A DNA stretch of 32,580 nucleotides from Gammaproteobacteria bacterium (GTDB lineage Bacteria; Pseudomonadota; Gammaproteobacteria; SG8-11). Below are positions 27,731 to 32,580 of this stretch, one piece after another; position 1 is the first letter of the stretch, and every line of letters starts with the position of its first letter. The notes under the pieces are model-generated. The model saw nothing but the letters and a program-made list of their open reading frames with translations, had not been told where the DNA came from and made no database searches. Location of the stretch: assembly GCA_016200445.1 (NCBI GenBank), contig JACQEQ010000285.1:1-32580 (forward strand). Direction: 5' to 3'. The position numbers and the translations under genes were made by a program.

Positions 27731-29758
27731 CTATGCAAATGTTTGTAATAAAGTCTTGCCTTCGAAAGTGCACCGTCCGATTTGATAACCCAATTCCCGA
27801 TAGGCCTCGAATTGCGTCTCGTCGAAAAACTGGTCGGCGGTAGGCTCGTCCGGAAAACTGCTGTGGGCGCGATGATAGCCGTAAATATCCTCCGATAATC
27901 CAGAAATCAGACTGGTGTTGACATAAAGCAAGCGGGCTTCGGTGCCATCCACATAACGGATGCGTCCAGTGACGCTGGCTGCGGCGGAAATTTCTGTATC
28001 GCCTTGCGGGCGCAGCGGCCGCGTGTCGATATCGATCGCCGCGCCGAAATCGACACGCACTTTTTCAATCACGTTGACTAGATCGGCGAACGACCACGTG
28101 GGATCGGCCGCTGCGTCGCACACCACGATGTAACGGCACTTACGCCGGATCAACTCGTATAACGCAAGATTTTCAAAGTGCCCTCCGTCCGACAGATGCA
28201 CATGTTTGCAATTTTCATCCATGCGCAGGCCCAGCATTTCGCGCAACGCATAGGTATGCCACAGCGGTCGCGAACGCATGAGCTTGAATTTCGGCGGATG
28301 CCTTGGATTCCGCGTCCAGTAACCTAGGCGCGCATTGAATAATGTCATGACCGCCGCCAATGACCGCGAACGTGTCACGCCGGTATTGGGATTCACCGCA
28401 GCACCGGAGATAGTCAAGGCGGTGGCGAGGTTCATGGTGCCGTCGAGATATTCATCGGTTGGTGCAAATCCGGTGGCGCTACTGCCGCACACCAAGGGTG
28501 AAAAGATAAAGTTGTCGGCACCGCGTGCACGGCGCTTGGAGTTCGGCGAATCCAGGGTCAGCAAATTGGTATTGATAATGTGGTACGGCGCGGCAGTTTG
28601 CTTCAAATCCTTCAAATAACAACGATTGGGATCCTGCTCCTGGGTAAAATGCGGGTGTGCCGGCAAAAACGCGGCGAGTAACCGGTCGCGGTAGTAACGA
28701 TGCATGGATACATGATTGATGTTCGCCAGTACGCCGAATATAAATGACAATATCAGGCCCGGATAAATCAAAAAACGCCACCAGGTCTCAAGCTTGGCAT
28801 AATACAAAAAGGCGCCGTTGTATAACCACAATACCAAGCCGTAGAGCAATAAACCCAAACCGGCAGACAGTAGCAGTGCACGCATACCCTGCGCTTCGTT
28901 AGTACGAGAACGCCCACTCCAGCCTGCCCACACCGCAGCCGCACCGCTGAGCAGTGACAAGGTGCCGTTGACTGAAAATGCCGAATAATTCTCGGCGCCG
29001 AATAATTGCGGCCAGAGGCGCACTTCGACAAATTGCTGCACCAGCGGCAAACTACCGAGCACCACCAACGCCACGCCAGCTTTCAGAAGACGCCCGAGAA
29101 TGACATTTGCACGTTTCCGCAACCATGCATGCTGCACCAGCTTGAAGCCCGAACATAGCGCGTAGCACATGAAACCGAACGCCATAAATTCCCAACAGAT
29201 CAAACCCAGCGCGAACAACCAGGTAAACAGACTATCGGGCCAGCTATGCAACAAGCCTGGCGCGCGCACACTGGTTTGCACCATGAAATACATCACGCTG
29301 AAAAACAGCGGCACTAGGATCAGCAGGTTGATAAAAATTCCCCGCAACACGGCTGCTGCCAACGCCCATCGATCCAACCCGTCGCCGGGAGTCAGGTAGT
29401 TGGCATGTTCGCGTAACCACGAAATCAAATCGCCGCCGGCTTTGTTATGATCGCTGCGTCGCGTGCCGAACGGAAATTCGCTGCAACGCGACATTAACCA
29501 AGTGAGCGACGACCCAATGTAACCGCCGCCTGAGACGGTCGACAGGTAGTCAACGCGCCGTAAAAATCCAAAGCGATGCATTGCCTGCAACATGCCGAGA
29601 TTGAATGTTGCGGAACGTATTCCGCCGCCCGACAACGCCAGCCCCACTGCATCCTCGGACGGGTTGCCTGGCTCCACTTGCGCCACGGCGCGGCGCTGTG
29701 CGATGCGCGCGTGTTCTAGAGCAATGAATTGATCGATATCCTCATAACACTTCGTCAT
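27731..29758 (-). CDS. patatin-like phospholipase with an internal multi-helix membrane insert
   Basis: ATG 29758 has AAGGGGAGGGG upstream; the ORF-track start at 29833 is TTG. Oxyanion motif LSGGGIRS, nucleophile motif TVSGGGY (Ser codon 29531-29533), catalytic Asp in HLSDGGHFENL (28187-28189). About 5-6 hydrophobic helices lie between the two. Confidence 0.85.
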   Translation of the reverse strand: MTKCYEDIDQFIALEHARIAQRRAVAQVEPGNPSEDAVGLALSGGGIRSATFNLGMLQAMHRFGFLRRVDYLSTVSGGGYIGSSLTWLMSRCSEFPFGTRRSDHNKAGGDLISWLREHANYLTPGDGLDRWALAAAVLRGIFINLLILVPLFFSVMYFMVQTSVRAPGLLHSWPDSLFTWLFALGLICWEFMAFGFMCYALCSGFKLVQHAWLRKRANVILGRLLKAGVALVVLGSLPLVQQFVEVRLWPQLFGAENYSAFSVNGTLSLLSGAAAVWAGWSGRSRTNEAQGMRALLLSAGLGLLLYGLVLWLYNGAFLYYAKLETWWRFLIYPGLILSFIFGVLANINHVSMHRYYRDRLLAAFLPAHPHFTQEQDPNRCYLKDLKQTAAPYHIINTNLLTLDSPNSKRRARGADNFIFSPLVCGSSATGFAPTDEYLDGTMNLATALTISGAAVNPNTGVTRSRSLAAVMTLFNARLGYWTRNPRHPPKFKLMRSRPLWHTYALREMLGLRMDENCKHVHLSDGGHFENLALYELIRRKCRYIVVCDAAADPTWSFADLVNVIEKVRVDFGAAIDIDTRPLRPQGDTEISAAASVTGRIRYVDGTEARLLYVNTSLISGLSEDIYGYHRAHSSFPDEPTADQFFDETQFEAYRELGYQIGRCTFEGKTLLQTFA

Positions 29759-29964
29759 GTGCCAACCCCTCCCCTTGAAACCTATAATCAGTTGCGCTCT
29801 TTGAAAGACGCATGGCTTTACGCAGCACAGCAATTGTAAACATTTAATAATTATCGGTAGTGGTACTTTTCCTACTCTCGAACGTGCCGTAACTTACGGC
29901 GTCCCTAGTGCAAGGGCGGTAGTCCAGGCAGTGGCAACACGATAGCGGATCAGGTACACGCACT

Positions 29965-30162
29965 ATGAATTCGATACTTACACGTTTCAAACATCACTGT
30001 GAACGCTGGCATCAAGAACGCGACACCCATAACTACCGCGGCCGCGCCAACGTGATAGCGTATCTGTCTGACCGCTACGGCGTCGACTCCGTCAAACGCC
30101 ACAAGAAGTGGATCATCCGTGCACTTAACAATGTCGAAGGTGTGCACGTCTCCGATCATTAA
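29965..30162 (+). CDS. small hypothetical protein, paralog A (65 aa)
   Basis: MNSILTRFKHHCERWHQERDTHNYRGRANVIAYLSDRYGVDSVKRHKKWIIRALNNVEGVHVSDH aligns colinearly and without gaps to paralog B at roughly half identical positions. Confidence 0.6.
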   Translation: MNSILTRFKHHCERWHQERDTHNYRGRANVIAYLSDRYGVDSVKRHKKWIIRALNNVEGVHVSDH

Positions 30163-30386
30163 TTACAAAACATTTCTGCATTCTCTGCTTTCTGCCCTTC
30201 GCCCTACACTGTCTATTCGGCTCTTGTAAACATCGGCTTGCATTCGCGATGCCAGCTTGCGTGCCATTGGTAGACATTTAATACACTTTCTCGCGGCACT
30301 AATACACTCCTGCTGTGTGTCGCACCGTACCGCGCCAGTGGCGTCATCGTGATCAAATTCTACAAACGAACACGAGGGCTACTCCC

Positions 30387-30584
30387 ATGAACACGATGCT
30401 TCTTAAATTCAAGGCGCACAGCGACCGCTGGCATCAATGCAGTAATGGTCATGACTATCGCGGCCGCACTAATGTCGTTGCGCATCTCACCTCGCTCTAC
30501 GGCGTGGATGCAGTGATTCGGCACAAAAAATCCATCGTACGCACCCTGAACAAGGCGGAAGGCGTATACGTTACCGAGGCGTGA
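30387..30584 (+). CDS. small hypothetical protein, paralog B (65 aa)
   Basis: ATG 30387 has GAGGG 8 nt upstream. MNTMLLKFKAHSDRWHQCSNGHDYRGRTNVVAHLTSLYGVDAVIRHKKSIVRTLNKAEGVYVTEA has the same length as paralog A. The ORF-track start at 30315 is an upstream extension. Confidence 0.65.
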   Translation: MNTMLLKFKAHSDRWHQCSNGHDYRGRTNVVAHLTSLYGVDAVIRHKKSIVRTLNKAEGVYVTEA

Positions 30585-30927
30585 TTCCTAGCCCATACAC
30601 CGACCTGCCGCTGACTTCAATAACAACACGCTGCAAAGAAAATCCCAAACATGGCCCGTAGATACAATAGCCGTCGTGGATGCGGAACTGCGCGGCATGA
30701 ATCGAGCATTGAATGTAGTAGTTATCGAAACTCATGAATTGGCCGGGTTGAAAGTTGAGTGTAGCCCCGGTGTGGGGGCAGGAGTTAACATAAGCGAAGA
30801 CGCTCTCGCCGCGCCGCACCAAAAAAATGTCACGCTCAACTCCCTCTGCGAGTAATATCGCCCCTCTACTGCCGCCGTCGGGAATGGCGTCCAGCTCGCA
30901 AAGATATTGCCGGAGCATAGAAAACAA
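30571..30927 (-). CDS. small Rieske [2Fe-2S] domain protein
   Basis: CPHTGATL ... CSIHAAQF gives the CxH...CxxH Rieske ligand pattern at typical spacing. About 115 aa. The start is either TTG 30927 or ATG 30918. Its 3' end overlaps paralog B convergently by 14 nt. Confidence 0.8.
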   Translation of the reverse strand: MFSMLRQYLCELDAIPDGGSRGAILLAEGVERDIFLVRRGESVFAYVNSCPHTGATLNFQPGQFMSFDNYYIQCSIHAAQFRIHDGYCIYGPCLGFSLQRVVIEVSGRSVYGLGITPR

Positions 30928-31204
30928 TCACCCTTCTTATTCGTTCAACTGTTTGCGGCAGCCATAGTTCAAGCCTGCGTCGGTCTCGGAAACAAGCCGA
31001 ACACCTGTACGTCGAGCACCAAAGTGTTAGCCGGCGTCATCCCGTCACAATGGTCATCGTCCGATCCGGCATATTCTTGTCCTGGAGCGCGCTGCATGTT
31101 AGTTCCCTCATATTTTGGTTAAAGCGACCGACATAATAGAGCATCGCAACCCCATCATGCCGTTAGTTACGATTTCTTTATACGCAATTTTATTCAGGCG
31201 CATC

Positions 31205-32580
31205 ATGGCGGATGACACCAGCAAACGAGAATTAGAACCCTGGAAGGTTAAATACAATGAACAAAAGGAAATTCTCAAACAAAAAGACAAGGAGTGGCGC
31301 GATTCCGATACCATACTGCGCCGCGGCATCTCACGCCTGACGTTTGCCATCGGCGGCATCGATCCAAAACTGGACAGACTATTGAACGAGTTGCGCGATG
31401 CGATTCGTGAAAACGAAACTACCGGCACTGTGGCCGAATTAATCAACGATATTGCCAGCCTCGTAAAACGGCTCGACGATCGCACCAACGCCGATACTGG
31501 CAGTAGCGAACCTGGTCATGAACTGGCGATAAAAATCCTTCAAACTTTGGCGTTTCCAGACACGCAACGCAAGCACGTTAAGAAACTCACGCAACGTTTC
31601 GAAGTTAATAAAGAGAATGCTGATGACCTGCACGAGGAACTGATGCGGTTACTGCAGGCTTGTTTTACCGCTACACCGGGCAACGCCGCGAGCGGATGGC
31701 TGAATCGCTTGGCCACACGACTTTCCAACCAGTCAAGAACACCTGCTGTTCCAATCGCGGTGGATTCGGTTGCAGTGTCCTCGAGCGACCCTGCAGCATC
31801 GGCTGCGTCGGCATTGACGGTCGCCAAACAAATACTGATCGATCTGATTCGACGCATTCAGGTGCGCGAAGAAGATGCTTATGCCGTGAAATCACTTACT
31901 ACCCGCCTAGAACGCGCCGCCGACGAACCCGAGATCGACGCGATCACCACCGAGTTTTCCGAAATCGTAAACGTGACACACCGGGCACGACCCGTTCCGG
32001 TGAGCACAGAACCTGGCGTACAAAATGTCAACGTTCCTAGTATTCAGGATGTTTTGATCCAGTTTGTGGACGAATTGGCAATACCGTCTGAGTTTGTCAA
32101 CGAGTCCAGCCGCATAAAAAACTGCCTGGCCGACAACGCCACCGGATCGGATTTCACCGCCGCGTTCAAATCCATCGTCGATCTTGTCGTCAACATGCGT
32201 AAAACTCTGGTGCAAGAAAAGCACGAGCTGGAAGATTTTCTGCGCCAACTCACGCAACGCTTGCAGGAAATGGATCAACACCTAGGCGGTACGCAGTCGC
32301 ATCAACAAACCTGGGCCGAGCAAGGCCGCAAATTGGAAGCGGCGGTGCAGACCCAAGTGCGCGAAATTAAATCCACGGTGCACGAAGCTTCGGATTTGCA
32401 GCATTTAAAAACCAACATCAGCGAACGCCTGGATGTGCTGCAAACGCACTTTATGGCCGATCTTTACAACTTGCTGCCCGCATCGCGCCTGGCCGATGTG
32501 AGGTGGATTAAGATCATTAAGGAAAAGCGCGCTACTTTTGCATGCACGCCAGCGGCGGAAGGGATCCGGTTCGGGCCCGA
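31205..32580 (+). CDS. long coiled-coil protein, partial (open to the right edge); the last 40 codons or so look foreign
   Basis: Absent from the ORF track because it has no stop in the window. The frame is open from 31103, with ATG candidates at 31157 and 31205. The product MADDTSKRELEPWKVKYNEQKEILKQKDKEW ... is heptad-rich and resembles the N-terminal regions seen in some signalling proteins such as diguanylate cyclases (low confidence). Confidence 0.65.
   Translation, partial: MADDTSKRELEPWKVKYNEQKEILKQKDKEWRDSDTILRRGISRLTFAIGGIDPKLDRLLNELRDAIRENETTGTVAELINDIASLVKRLDDRTNADTGSSEPGHELAIKILQTLAFPDTQRKHVKKLTQRFEVNKENADDLHEELMRLLQACFTATPGNAASGWLNRLATRLSNQSRTPAVPIAVDSVAVSSSDPAASAASALTVAKQILIDLIRRIQVREEDAYAVKSLTTRLERAADEPEIDAITTEFSEIVNVTHRARPVPVSTEPGVQNVNVPSIQDVLIQFVDELAIPSEFVNESSRIKNCLADNATGSDFTAAFKSIVDLVVNMRKTLVQEKHELEDFLRQLTQRLQEMDQHLGGTQSHQQTWAEQGRKLEAAVQTQVREIKSTVHEASDLQHLKTNISERLDVLQTHFMADLYNLLPASRLADVRWIKIIKEKRATFACTPAAEGIRFGP
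32456..32580 (+). pseudogene. possible 3' fragment of an HpnE-type (squalene-associated FAD-dependent desaturase) gene, fused in frame
   Basis: DLYNLLPASRLADVRWIKIIKEKRATFACTPAAEGIRFGP resembles the conserved C-terminal (V/I)xEKRATFxxTP...RP block of HpnE/amine-oxidase-fold desaturases. No matching N-terminal FAD-binding region lies upstream. Confidence 0.3.

Overview
Chromosomal window from a beta/gamma-proteobacterium-like genome. GC is roughly 55-60% in the core part and visibly lower on the right. The left two thirds are mostly housekeeping genes. On the minus strand these are birA-coaX-SPOR-tRNA-Thr(UGU), a fused membrane/spermidine-synthase-like gene, a class III nucleotide cyclase and a livKHMGF branched-chain amino-acid ABC operon. 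On the plus strand they are tsaC, hemF, rsmD, coaD, a YfhL-type ferredoxin and ggt. From about 22.75 kb rightwards the content turns accessory: small hypothetical genes, a heme-copper-oxidase-subunit-I-like mini protein, a periplasmic rhodanese plus GGDEF-EAL pair, a patatin-like phospholipase split by a membrane insert, two tandem paralogous 65-codon genes, a small Rieske protein and a long coiled-coil ORF that runs off the right edge. Two ORFs open at the window edges are missing from the ORF track: minus 408..1 and plus 31205..32580. The most unusual signal is a two-copy MITE-like element (273 and 237 bp, about 19-bp terminal inverted repeats). Each copy sits exactly in a stop/start overlap of an operon, birA|coaX and livG|livF. 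The flanking duplication preserves the upstream TGA stop and the downstream start codon. The terminal repeat supplies an outward GAGG Shine-Dalgarno 8 nt before that start. A terminus-to-terminus ORF is open in both copies, kept in frame across a 36-bp indel and co-directional with the host operon. Other points worth a second look: a tRNA-Thr-adjacent three-gene operon encoding a giant zincin-like protein (HESGHGFGMPDEY) that may be split by a one-nucleotide frameshift; a GT-C-like polytopic membrane gene wedged between livH and livM; a REP-type palindrome family; and an in-frame junction near 32.45 kb where the coiled-coil ORF switches to what looks like the C-terminus of an HpnE-type desaturase. 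No CRISPR array, rRNA, integrase or transposase gene was seen.
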